Below are positions 30,183 to 39,685 of a DNA stretch of 64,000 nt, one piece after another. Each line of letters starts with the position of its first letter. Positions within the stretch are counted from its first letter, which is position 1. The notes under the pieces are model-generated. The model saw only the letters and a program-made list of their open reading frames with translations, did not search any database and was not told the DNA's origin. A program made the position numbers and the translations under genes. The stretch is taken from positions 4,512,001-4,576,000 of the forward strand of contig OZ253470.1 in assembly GCA_965261735.1 (NCBI GenBank). Direction: 5' to 3'. The stretch comes from Alphaproteobacteria bacterium (GTDB lineage Bacteria > Pseudomonadota > Alphaproteobacteria > SHVV01).

Positions 30183-31355
30183 TCACCGATGTTGAGTTAG
30201 CGCCCCGATACCGAAGTCCCTCGACTCGCCGAATCCCTGGGCACTACCTACGGCGCTCTTACGTTTGTCGCGCATGATGCGCCTGAACCGCTCGGCCGCG
30301 CCCGAGGTTTTCGGCAACGGCGGCATGAGTACTGCTTTCTTCGGCGATGGCACCTCAGCCAATTGCGCTCGGCGCACGCACTTGAACGATATCAGGCGCT
30401 GCGCACTTTCGTCCCAGAGCGCGAGACGGAGGCAGGAAAGGCTGTCACGAAGACCGATGCGGTTGAGGGTTTGGAGCGCGGGGATATCGGACAGACAGGC
30501 CCGGAGACGATAGTCGGGAATGCGGCAAGACAGGTGATGGATATGGTGGATGCCGATGTCGCCGGAAAACCAGCGTAGCGATTGCGGCAGGTCGTAGAAA
30601 CTGCTGGCCATCGCCGAGGCTTCATGAAGGTCCCAGCTGTCTTCCTTACGCCAGTAAGTGTATTCGAACTGGTGCTGGATATAGAACAACCAGACGCCAG
30701 CGATGCCGGAAAGAAGGACGATGGGGGCCAGGACCATCAGCACCTCGAGAATTCCGACGCTCAAGCCGAGGCCCGTCAGTACCCCTGCAATGCACAGGTT
30801 GGTGCCCAATACGCTGATCAACACCGTGGGATGGCGATGGATCATGTCCACGGGAAGGCGGTATTTGATGACGAATAGGTAGATCGGCCCAATCCCCAGC
30901 ATCACGGCGGGGTTGCGGTAAGTGCGGTAGGCGAGACGTTTCCAACCTGACAAGGCGGTGTATTCGGCCACGGTGAGGAGCCTAACGTCGCCGATTCCCC
31001 GTTTCTGCAGATTGCCACTGGTGGCGTGATGGATGTTGTGGGCCCGGCGCCAGTAGTCGTACGGGATCAGGGTGATGATCCCGATCAGGGTGCCCAACAC
31101 GTCGTTAAGACGGGGGAAATGAAAGAACGAGCGGTGGCCGCAATCGTGCTGGATGATGAAGATGCGCACCAGGAAGCCGGCGGCCAGCGGCGCGAGCGCA
31201 AGCGCCATCCAGTAGGACACGTCGATGACAACGTGTATCGTCGCGCAGGTGGCTAAGAAACCGCCGAGCGAGGTCGTGAGCTGGGACAGGCTCTCGCGCA
31301 GTATGGGTGCCTGAAAGTGCGCCACCTCGCGGCGGAGGCTCGTTTGCCCGGTCAT
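30183..31355 (-). CDS. Fatty acid desaturase (Des-like); C-terminal tail possibly extended
   Basis: His boxes QHDCGH, HNIHH, HHIHH; WLFYIQHQFE; LWDE. Confidence 0.88.
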   Translation of the reverse strand: MTGQTSLRREVAHFQAPILRESLSQLTTSLGGFLATCATIHVVIDVSYWMALALAPLAAGFLVRIFIIQHDCGHRSFFHFPRLNDVLGTLIGIITLIPYDYWRRAHNIHHATSGNLQKRGIGDVRLLTVAEYTALSGWKRLAYRTYRNPAVMLGIGPIYLFVIKYRLPVDMIHRHPTVLISVLGTNLCIAGVLTGLGLSVGILEVLMVLAPIVLLSGIAGVWLFYIQHQFEYTYWRKEDSWDLHEASAMASSFYDLPQSLRWFSGDIGIHHIHHLSCRIPDYRLRACLSDIPALQTLNRIGLRDSLSCLRLALWDESAQRLISFKCVRRAQLAEVPSPKKAVLMPPLPKTSGAAERFRRIMRDKRKSAVGSAQGFGESRDFGIGALTQHR

Positions 31356-31459
31356 GGGCACCCTCTCAAGTGCACAGACTCAGTCGAATGGTGCACCAGG
31401 ATACCTTGCGTACCAAGGCGTTGAGACCTGATCGGATGAATCGTCCGTCTGCATCACGT

Positions 31460-31615
31460 TCAAGTTTGTCGCACGGTAATCAGGCCGCAGCGCCGGCATT
31501 GGATCTCCTCGACGCTGCCTCTGGTGCCAAATCCGAAGGTCACTTTGACAATCCGAAAGTCATGAAAACCCAGCGGACAGAGGAGCCACCCAAGAAGCGT
31601 TTGAATGTTGCTCAC
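31460..31615 (-). CDS. Small Cys/His protein (LCPLGFHDF...CRRCG)
   Basis: GGAG RBS before GTG 31615; C-x4-H and CxxC pattern. Confidence 0.5.
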   Translation of the reverse strand: MSNIQTLLGWLLCPLGFHDFRIVKVTFGFGTRGSVEEIQCRRCGLITVRQT

Positions 31616-31658
31616 GATCTCCGCTAGCAAGGGCGTCGACCCGCTCGTAAGTGGGCGG

Positions 31659-31856
31659 TCAACTCCACTTGGAGCCATTCCTGGCTACGACCTCTTGGCA
31701 GCGTTTGCATAAACGATTGCCCATGTGCGAACTCCAGAATTTCCTATGGCCGCGGCATATTGGCCCCAGGCAAGGACGGAGTTTGAGGTCTTCAACCACG
31801 GCGGGTTTTGAGCGTTCGGACCCAGTGGCGCCTTTCAAGAGTCGCGCGTCCGCCAC
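31659..31856 (-). CDS. Small zinc-finger-like protein
   Basis: GAGGAGG RBS; RPCLGPIC...FWSSHMGNRLCKRC. Confidence 0.5.
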   Translation of the reverse strand: MADARLLKGATGSERSKPAVVEDLKLRPCLGPICRGHRKFWSSHMGNRLCKRCQEVVARNGSKWS

Positions 31857-32017
31857 TAACACCCTCCTCGGTAGATTCTGTTTTTTTACCGGCCGCGGTT
31901 GCACTAGCACACTAAGGCAAAACCGGTGCTACGGGGAGTTCTTCAGCGGGCCCTATGTCGAGTCTACTGAAGTTCTTGGGCGGAGCCGCGGTCTTTCTTT
32001 TTCATCAGGGGGTGCGG

Positions 32018-32197
32018 CTGGTCCGCCAAGCTGCTCATCGACCGGTACGGCGAGGATGCGCCGATCCACGCCGCCATGCTGGCGGACGAGCTGCTGGAGA
32101 AGGGCGATCTAGATGGCCGCACCGTCTGGCTCAGAGTGCTAAGGGCGATCAAGAGCTGCAGCGGATAGAGCCGAAGAGCGATGCCGAAGTGCACTGA
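32018..32197 (+). pseudogene. Remnant of a small conserved alphaproteobacterial hypothetical gene
   Basis: Manual translation WSAKLLIDRYGEDAPIHAAMLADELLEKGDLDGRTVWLRVLRAI, then frameshift into ELQRIEP; no start codon seen. Confidence 0.45.
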
Positions 32198-32306
32198 GGG
32201 CTTGCTGGCGGATCGTCTTAGCCGCGAGTAGATTTCGGGGTCGGGCTGACCCTAGACCCACCCGACCTGGCGTGCAGAGCACAAATCAACCGCCGGAGGC
32301 AACACG

Positions 32307-32675
32307 ATGACCGATACACCGAACCCGACCGAGGTCGTCGAGGCTTATGTCAAGGCAGTGCGCGCGAGCGACCTCAAGGGCCTGCGCGCCGTGTTAGCGG
32401 ACGATGCCGAACTGCTCGGCGTGCCGACGGAGGGGATGGAGAGCGGCCACCTAAAAGGCGCCGACGCCATCGTTGCCTTTTACGACAAGCTGCTCGAAGA
32501 CCGTGGCGGCGCCGATCCCCATCCTGGCCCCCTAATGGTGGTCGGCGATCACGTCGCTGTCGAAATCGACGCGCATCACCGCGACTATATTGCGGAGGTC
32601 TCCGATTTTTTCACGATCAAAAACGGCAAGATCATCCGCCTCGTGGTCTACGGCCGCCGCAAACGCCCGAAATAG
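32307..32675 (+). CDS. SnoaL/NTF2-like protein
   Basis: VVEAYVKAV..D, LADDA, GADAIVAFY, FTIKNGKI; GGAGG RBS. Confidence 0.8.
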   Translation: MTDTPNPTEVVEAYVKAVRASDLKGLRAVLADDAELLGVPTEGMESGHLKGADAIVAFYDKLLEDRGGADPHPGPLMVVGDHVAVEIDAHHRDYIAEVSDFFTIKNGKIIRLVVYGRRKRPK

Positions 32676-32818
32676 GACGACCCAGAACATCTCGCCTTGC
32701 CGTCAGCCCGCCCTTCCACTCGGCGTACACTTTCGCCTCGGCGATTCACCCTCGCGCGAGCTTGGAGGCGTACAACATCATCGAAGACGTGGGCAACTGC
32801 GCTGAGGTCCAAACAGAG

Positions 32819-33695
32819 ATGCCGATCATAGCTGACCCGTGCGACCTCACACTCAAGGGTCGGGTTTGCCTGGTCACCGGGGCGACCAATGGGATTGGGC
32901 GGGCGACGGCCACGGCGCTGGCGTCCAAAGGGGCGAGCCTGCTCGTGCACGGGCGCGACCGGCACAAGGCCGAAGCGACGGTGCGCGACATCGTTGAGGC
33001 CACGGGCAACCACGCCGTCGAGCCGATCGTCGCCGATTTCTCCGAACTCGACCAAGTGCGCGGCATGGCCGCCGAGTTCCGCGCCCACCACAAGTGCTTG
33101 CACCTACTGCTCAACAACGCGGGGCTTCTCGCGTTCGACCGCCGCACGACGGCTTCGAGGCCCATTTCGGCGTCAACCACCTGGCGCCGTTCCTGTTGAC
33201 GAACCTTCTGCTCGATACGCTCAAGAGCAGCGCGCCGGCGCGTATCGTCACGGTGGCCTCGGCCGTTCACAACCGCGGCCGCATCGACTTCAACGATCTG
33301 CAAGCCGGGCCGCGATATAGCGGTGTCGGCGCCTACGCAACCTCGAAGCTCGCCAACATCCTGTTCACGACCGAGCTCGCGCGCCGGCTGGACGGCACCG
33401 GCGTCACCGCCAACGTTCTGCATCCCGGGGGGGGGGGGGGGTGGCGACCGGCCTCGGCGGCGACGGCACCGGACTCATGGCGCTAGGCTGGCGATTCGCC
33501 AAGTATTTCATGATCAACCCCGAGAAGGGCGCACGCACCTCGATCTACCTTGCCGAATCGTCCGACGTCGAGGGCATCAGCGGGCGATACTTCCACAACT
33601 GCCGCGACGCCCCGACCGCCGCGGCGGCCCGGAACGCGTACACCGAAGCGCGGCTGTGGAAGGTGAGCGCGGGTCTCGCCGGACTAGAAGGTTGA
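32819..33695 (+). pseudogene. Retinol dehydrogenase-like SDR, frameshifted twice
   Basis: TGATNGIG and NNAG in one frame; FGVNHL and YATSK in a second; ATGL...RLWKVS in a third; breaks at ~33145 and at the G15 run 33427-33441. Confidence 0.85.
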
Positions 33696-33699
33696 GCCG

Positions 33700-33786
33700 C
33701 GTTGCCGCTTGAGGGTCGGCTCTCGGAGGTAGAGCGGTCGTACCGGCGACTTGGTCCGAACTTCGCCTCCTAGCCAAATGCGGACG
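33700..33786 (-). repeat. Half copy D of the multi-palindrome element (post-module-3 spacer, modules 2, 1)
   Basis: GTTGCCGCT..GTCGGCTCTCGGAGGTAGAGCGGTC..CTTCGCCTCCTAGCCAAATGCGGAC closely matches the reverse complement of 13635-13719. Confidence 0.85.
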
Positions 33787-33971
33787 TTAGGCGCACTCAT
33801 TTCGAGCTGCCGCCCCGCTCGGCATGAGCTGATCGGGACGAGCAGGCCCACCGCGACGCGCGCCATCAAGACGCTCTGGTGAACGAATCCGATGGTCGGT
33901 GAAAAATCAGGTACTGTCGGAGTCGATTTGACGGTTATCTGGGAAATGTCAGGCGAAAAGGACTCGAACAG

Positions 33972-34289
33972 GTGAAGATAATTCAGGAGTGGAGGCCGCG
34001 CATAATCTTCCTGGTGATTGGCTTGGTGGTGGGGCCATTCATCTCCAGCTGGATCGGCTGGCAAGTCACTACCAGGACGATGGAGAGTGCAATCAGCGAT
34101 GCGGTCGTTTCCTATCGAGCAGGGCTCTGCGCGGAGCGGGCTCGATCGGATCCGGAGGCGACATCCGACGTGCTCAACAATTTCGGTGATCGGCGCAAAC
34201 TTGCCGAGCAGTGGGCGGTCCTGCCCGGTGAGGAGGAAGCCGACAATGACGTGGTCAACGAGTGCAACTCGCTGCTCGCAAAAACATAG
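33972..34289 (+). CDS. Hypothetical membrane-anchored protein
   Basis: N-terminal TM segment, two Cys (LCAERA, ECNSLL). Confidence 0.6.
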   Translation: MKIIQEWRPRIIFLVIGLVVGPFISSWIGWQVTTRTMESAISDAVVSYRAGLCAERARSDPEATSDVLNNFGDRRKLAEQWAVLPGEEEADNDVVNECNSLLAKT

Positions 34290-34385
34290 TCCTGACGGTG
34301 GAGGCTCCTTACTCGCCATTTTCGAGCGGTGGCTTCGACAGGGCTTGCGCCCGGTTGAACTAGGCTAGTTATCGACTGTCAGTCG

Positions 34386-35818
34386 GATCGTGTCCCGCGG
34401 AGTGGTGTAAGAGCGTTGCGCTCTACGCGGCTCCCGGCGGGTAGGGCCGGGACGTTCAGGCTGCCACGGTGGGCAGCGTGATGGGGACACCATCGCTCAG
34501 CGGAGCGATGGATTCCAGCGTCATGTATCTCCTTGAGACGGCCCACTCGTCGTTCTGCTCGAGAAGGATGGCGCCGACGAGCCGTGTGATGGCGGCTTCG
34601 TTGGGAAAGATACCGACGACGTTGGTGCGACGCTTGACCTCGGCATGGAGCCGTTCGATCGGGTTTGTGGAGTGCAATTTCTGGCGGTGCTCCCTGGGGA
34701 AGCTCATGTAGGCGAGGACGTCGTGCTCGGCTTCGTCCATGAGAACTGCCAGCTTGGGCACCTTGGGCCTGAGCTGGTCGGCGACCTGGCGCCACTGGAC
34801 CTTCGCGCTGTCGGCGTCCTCCTGGGCGAAGGCGGAGACGACGCGCCGGCCCTGGCGGCCGGCATGGGCCAGCAGGTTGCGGGCGAAGTGCACGCGGCAG
34901 CGCTGCCATGTGGCGCCGAGGATCCGGGTCGCGGCGGCCTTCAGGCCCTTGTGGTCGTCGGAGATCACCAGCTTCACGCCGCGCAGCCCGCGCCGGGCCA
35001 GCGAGCGCAGGAACTCGGTCCAGAAGGTCTCGGCCTCCGACGCGCCGATCGCCACGCCCAGGACCTCGCGGCGGCCTTGGTCGTTGACGGCCACAGCCAC
35101 GGTCACCGCGACCGAGACGATGCGTCCGGTCTGGCGCACCTTCACGTAGGTGGCGTCGAGCCACAGATAGGGTCAGTCGCCCTCCAGCGGTCGATCGAGG
35201 AAGCCGGTGACCTTATCGTCGATCTCGCCGCACAGCCTGGAGACCTGGCTCTTGGAGGCGCCCGACATCCCCATCGCCTGAACCAGATCGTCGACCGAGC
35301 GGGTCGACACCCCCTGGATGTAGGCCTCCTGGATCACCGCAGCCAGCGCCTTCTCGGCCATCCGCCGCGGCTCCAGGAAGCCGGGAAGTAGCTTCCCTTC
35401 CTCAGCTTCGGGATCTTCAGCTCGACCGTGCCGGCCCGCGTCTCCCAGGACCGGTCGCGGTAGCCGTTGCGATGGGTGATACGATCCGCCGAGCGCTCGC
35501 CGTGCCCGGCGCCGGTCAGGCCCTCAACCTCCAGTGCCATCAGCCACTCGGCCGTGAAGCCGATCATCTCGCAAAGCAGATCGGCATCGGAGCTCTTCTC
35601 CAAAAGCGCGCGCAGGGTCATCATGTCCTGGGTCATCGTGGTTCTCCTTCGGGTCAGGTTGGTTTGCACTAGCCCAACCCTAAACCGGAACCGCGATGGC
35701 CTCCGCTGTGGATAGCCGGCTTGCCTACGCCAGACTCTCGGCGGTCGCTACGGCAAGCCGCCTACCCACAGCTAACAGAGGCTCCAACAACTCCTACACC
35801 ACGTCCTGGGACACGACC
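34386..35818 (-). mobile_element. IS256 copy 3, full length but inactivated; flanked by a 21-bp direct repeat
   Basis: Both ends present; 1-bp deletion near 35381 and TGG->TGA at 35173; CTAGTTATCGACTGTCAGTCG at 34365-34385 and 35819-35839. Confidence 0.92.
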
Positions 35819-35860
35819 CTAGTTATCGACTGTCAGTCGCCCCCATCGGTGCCAGCCGGA

Positions 35861-36040
35861 CGTCCGCTTTGGGTCACGAGCTGCCTTACACCGAGGGCGC
35901 CTGCCACGTCTGGATCTTTGGGTGAAGCGGACGGAAACGCCGCGAAAGCAGAAGTCGGCGTTAGAGAGTCAGCAGTTGAGGGTGGACCGGACGTACCGGC
36001 GACCTGTCCGAACTTCGCCTCCTAGCCAGAAGCGGACATT
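35861..36040 (-). repeat. Copy E of ~180-bp multi-palindrome element (complete, uninterrupted)
   Basis: On + strand: GTCCGCTTTGGGTCACGAGCTGCC / GTCTGGATCTTTGGGTGAAGCGGAC / GAAAGCAGAA / GTCAGCAGTTGAGGGTGGACCGGAC / CTTCGCCTCCTAGCCAGAAGCGGAC. Confidence 0.88.
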
Positions 36041-36211
36041 CGTCGGCGCCTTGGAGGCCGCTCACTAAAATCAGGCCATCTGATGGCTGCGGAAGAGATG
36101 CAGTTCCTTGACGGAGGACTACTGGTACGATTTCCACGAATCTGGATGTCATCTGGGGATGTCAGCTAATATCCAGTTCGCGGCGCGGCGGGGTGTGCAG
36201 GTAACGCAATC

Positions 36212-36991
36212 ATGTGCTGGAGCGGTGAAGCGTCGGCGGTGGTGGCCGCGGTCGGCTTCGCATCGACGGGGTATGCGGCATGGCGGAGAGAGCCGGCGCC
36301 TCTGTGGGCGGCGCTTGGCTATTTTTCACTCATGGAGGCGTTGCAGGCCTATTCCTATACGGTCATTGACGACTGTTCGAACCCGGCAAACCAGGTCGCG
36401 ACCCTCCTCGGCTATATACACATTGTGTTCCAACCGTTTTTTGCAAATGCGATGGCTCTGTATTTCGTCCCGGCGGCGATCCGGCAGCGTGTCGCCGTGC
36501 CGGTCTACGCCCTTTGTTTTTGTTCGACAGTTTTCATGCTGCTTTATGTGTATCCATTCGACTGGGCGGGCACCTGCGAGCTACAACGTACCCTATGCGC
36601 TGAGCAACTCTGCTCAGTGTCCGGAAACTGGCATATCGCTTGGAACATTCCCCTCAACGGGATCGGCAACTACTTTTTGACTTTGCCTATCTTCCTCCAA
36701 TCCAGCTTCTTGCCCTATCTCTTTACAATGTTTGCTTTGCCCGTGATCTACGGCTCATGGCGGATTCCACTGTATCACGTCATAATGGGGCCGGCCTTTG
36801 CCGCGATGTTGACGGACAACAAGAATGAATTGCCGGCCGTCTGGTGTTTGCTGACGATCGGCTTTCTTCTCATTGCCATCAAGACACCGGTGCGTGGCTA
36901 TCTCCACGTCCGCCATTGGCCGCTCTGGCCAATGGCGTGGGCAGCAGCGGCCGCTGCACCAGCCCAACCTGAATTGGCCAAGCCCCGTTGA
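36212..36991 (+). CDS. Multi-pass membrane protein, DUF5765-like
   Basis: MCWSGEAS start, YFSLMEALQA, HIVFQPFFAN, SGNWHIAW, AVWCLL; lower GC than flanks. Confidence 0.7.
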   Translation: MCWSGEASAVVAAVGFASTGYAAWRREPAPLWAALGYFSLMEALQAYSYTVIDDCSNPANQVATLLGYIHIVFQPFFANAMALYFVPAAIRQRVAVPVYALCFCSTVFMLLYVYPFDWAGTCELQRTLCAEQLCSVSGNWHIAWNIPLNGIGNYFLTLPIFLQSSFLPYLFTMFALPVIYGSWRIPLYHVIMGPAFAAMLTDNKNELPAVWCLLTIGFLLIAIKTPVRGYLHVRHWPLWPMAWAAAAAAPAQPELAKPR

Positions 36992-37152
36992 TCCGCCATA
37001 TCAATGAGCGGAGTATACCCGGACGCAACGTTGTCATTTATCCTTGCGTACTTGCGAGTGCTATCGGGCTTTACGAGTTAATATATTACGAACGATCGGC
37101 CCAGCGCTCACTGATACAGATCGATTTCCCAACATGTGCGCTCGTCGCGGTC

Positions 37153-38601
37153 GGTCGTGTCCCAGGACGTGGTGTAGGAGTTGTTGGAGCCTCTGGTAGC
37201 TGTGGGTAGGCGGCTTGCCGTAGCGACCGCCGAGAGTCTGGCGTAGGCAAGCCGGCTATCCACAGCGGAGGCCATCGCGGTTCCGGTTTAGGGTTGGGCT
37301 AGTGCAAACCAACCTAACCCGAAGGAGAACCACGATGACCCAGGACATGATGACCCTGCGCGCGCTTTTGGAGAAGAGCTCCGATGCCGATCTGCTTTGC
37401 GAGATGATCGGCTTCACGGCCGAGCGGCTGATGGCACTGGAGGTTGAGGGCCTGACCGGCGCCGGGCACGGCGAGCGCTCGGCGGATCGTATCACCCATC
37501 GCAACGGCTACCGCGACCGGTCCTGGGAGACGCGGGCCGGCACGGTCGAGCTGAAGATCCCGAAGCTGAGGAAGGGGAGCTACTTCCCGGGCTTCCTGGA
37601 GCCGCGGCGGATGGCCGAGAAGGCGCTGGCTGCGGTGATCCAGGAGGCCTACATCCAGGGCGTGTCGACCCGCTCGGTCGACGACCTGGTGCAGGCCATG
37701 GGCATGTCGGGCGTCTCCAAGAGCCAGGTCTCCAGGCTGTGCGGCGAGATCGACGATAAGGTCAACGGCTTCCTCGATCGATCGCTGGAGGGCGACTGGC
37801 CCTATCTGTGGCTCGACGCAACCTATGTGAAGGTGCGCGAGGCCGGGCGCATCGTCTCGGTCGCGGTGACCGTGGCTGTGGCCGTCAACGACCAGGGCCG
37901 CCGCGAGGTCCTGGGCATGGCGATCGGCGCGTCTGAGGCCGAGGCCTTCTGGACCGAGTTCCTGCGCTCGCTGGCCCGGCGCGGGCTGCGTGGCGTGAAG
38001 CTGTTGATCTCCGACGACCACAAGGGTCTGAAGGCCGCCGCGACCCGGATCCTCGGCGCCACCTGGCAAAGATGCCGCGTGCACTTCGCCCGCAACCTGC
38101 TGGCCCATGCCGGCCGCCAGGGCCGGCGCGTCGTCTCCGCCTTCGTCGCCACCGCCTTCGCCCAGGAGGACGCCGACAGCGCGAAGGCCCAGTGGCGTCA
38201 GGTCGCCGACCAGCTCAGGCCCAAGGTGCCCAAGCTGGCAGTTCTCATGGACGAAGCCGAGCACGACGTCCTCGCCTACATGACTTTCCCCAAGGAGCAC
38301 CGCCAGAAATTGCACTCCACAAACCCGATCGAACGGCTCCATGCCGAGGTCAAGCGCCGCACCAACGTCGTCGGCATCTTTCCCAACGAAGCCGCCATCA
38401 CACGGCTCGTCGGCGCCATCCTTCTCGAGCAGAACGACGAGTGGGCCGTCTCAAGGAGATACATGACGCTGGAATCCATCGCTCCGCTGAGCGATGGTGT
38501 CCCCATCACGCTGCCCACCGTGGCAGCCTGAACGTCCCGGCCCTACCCGCCGGGAGCCGCGTAGAGCGCAACGCTCTTACACCACTCCGCGGGACACGAT
38601 C
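37153..38601 (+). mobile_element. IS256 copy 4 (intact, diverged allele); no target duplication
   Basis: Same ends as copy 1; flanks TCGCGGTC / CGTCTGCT do not match. Confidence 0.92.
37335..38531 (+). CDS. IS256 transposase, full length
   Basis: Contains [13 protein letters not shown], which lacks five residues in copies 1-3. Confidence 0.93.
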   Translation: MTQDMMTLRALLEKSSDADLLCEMIGFTAERLMALEVEGLTGAGHGERSADRITHRNGYRDRSWETRAGTVELKIPKLRKGSYFPGFLEPRRMAEKALAAVIQEAYIQGVSTRSVDDLVQAMGMSGVSKSQVSRLCGEIDDKVNGFLDRSLEGDWPYLWLDATYVKVREAGRIVSVAVTVAVAVNDQGRREVLGMAIGASEAEAFWTEFLRSLARRGLRGVKLLISDDHKGLKAAATRILGATWQRCRVHFARNLLAHAGRQGRRVVSAFVATAFAQEDADSAKAQWRQVADQLRPKVPKLAVLMDEAEHDVLAYMTFPKEHRQKLHSTNPIERLHAEVKRRTNVVGIFPNEAAITRLVGAILLEQNDEWAVSRRYMTLESIAPLSDGVPITLPTVAA

Positions 38602-38611
38602 CGTCTGCTTT

Positions 38612-39658
38612 TAGGGGAGCGCGCCATGGATGTTCTCGACCGCGCCGATCTCCCATTCCCGCATTCGCTACCCGAGTTCCAGCGACTTTTCCCCGATGAT
38701 GCGGCCTGCGCCGCCTACCTGGAGAAAGCCCGCTGGGGAGACGGCTTTGCCTGCCCGCACTGCGGCACGGCGGGAGAGCCGTTCCACTTTGAAAACCGCC
38801 CTGGCGTCCTGCGCTGCCGCAAGTGCCGCCAGAACACCGGGCTGACGGTGGGAACAGTGATGGAGCGTAGCCACACTCCGCTGAACGTCTGGTTCTGGGC
38901 CGCTTATCTGGTCGCCAGTCAGACGCCCGGCATGTCCGCCGTGCAGTTTCAGCGGCAACTTGGTCTTTCGCGCTACGAGACGGCCTTTCAAATTCTCCAC
39001 AAGCTCCGCTCGGGCATGGTGCGGCCCAACCAAGACAGGATCGGTGGACAGCCCAAGAACCATGTTGAGGTGGACGAAACCTGGGTTGGCGGGCGAACGC
39101 GTGGGGAAGGCCGTGGTGTTCACCACAAGGTTCCCGTCTCCTGTGCCATCGAGGTGCGTCATCGAAAGCCGGGCACCAAGCTCGACAACCGGAAAGACGG
39201 ACGCTATGCCGGACGCGTTCGGCTCGCCGTCGTGCTCGACCGTAGCGCCGAGTCGCTCTGTGGGTTCGTCGAGAGCACCGTCGCGCCGCGATCGCTGATC
39301 GTTACTGACGATTGGAGCGGCTACGCTGGCCTCGGTAAGCGCGGCTATGAGCACTTCGCTGTTGCCGAGTGTGGTGATCCAGAGGTTGCCGAGCAATACC
39401 TGCCGATCATCCATCTGGTTTTCGCCAACCTGAAGACGTGGCTGATCGGTATCCACCACGGCGTTAGCCACCAGCACCTACAAGCCTACCTCAACGAGTT
39501 CACCTTCCGCTTCAACAGGCGGTTCTACCCGTTCAACGCCTTCCGCTCATTGCTCGGCATCGCGGGCGACACCTCTGCTCCAACCTATGCCGAGCTTTAC
39601 TCGGGAGAGTGGTGGCACCCTACATGTAGCGGTCATGGGCGTTAACCGGATAGGCAAG
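38612..39658 (+). mobile_element. IS1595 copy 2, left IR and promoter missing
   Basis: Identity to copy 1 starts at TAGGGGAGCGCGCCATG; right IR AACCGGATAGGCAAG intact. Confidence 0.9.
38626..39645 (+). CDS. IS1595 transposase
   Basis: Same protein as 27569..28588. Confidence 0.92.
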   Translation: MDVLDRADLPFPHSLPEFQRLFPDDAACAAYLEKARWGDGFACPHCGTAGEPFHFENRPGVLRCRKCRQNTGLTVGTVMERSHTPLNVWFWAAYLVASQTPGMSAVQFQRQLGLSRYETAFQILHKLRSGMVRPNQDRIGGQPKNHVEVDETWVGGRTRGEGRGVHHKVPVSCAIEVRHRKPGTKLDNRKDGRYAGRVRLAVVLDRSAESLCGFVESTVAPRSLIVTDDWSGYAGLGKRGYEHFAVAECGDPEVAEQYLPIIHLVFANLKTWLIGIHHGVSHQHLQAYLNEFTFRFNRRFYPFNAFRSLLGIAGDTSAPTYAELYSGEWWHPTCSGHGR

Positions 39659-39685
39659 GATTAATCACCTGAAACGCATTGTACC

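Noticed and set aside
35861-36040. CRISPR array or integron attC reading of the palindromic modules
   Set aside because: Modules are not identical repeats, spacers are 11-22 bp and partly conserved between copies, no cas or intI gene, no RYYYAAC...GTTRRRY ends.
27497-39658. Composite transposon bounded by the two IS1595 copies
   Set aside because: Copy 1 has its own matched TSD (GAAGTAAG) and the outer flank of copy 2 (GATTAATC) does not match.
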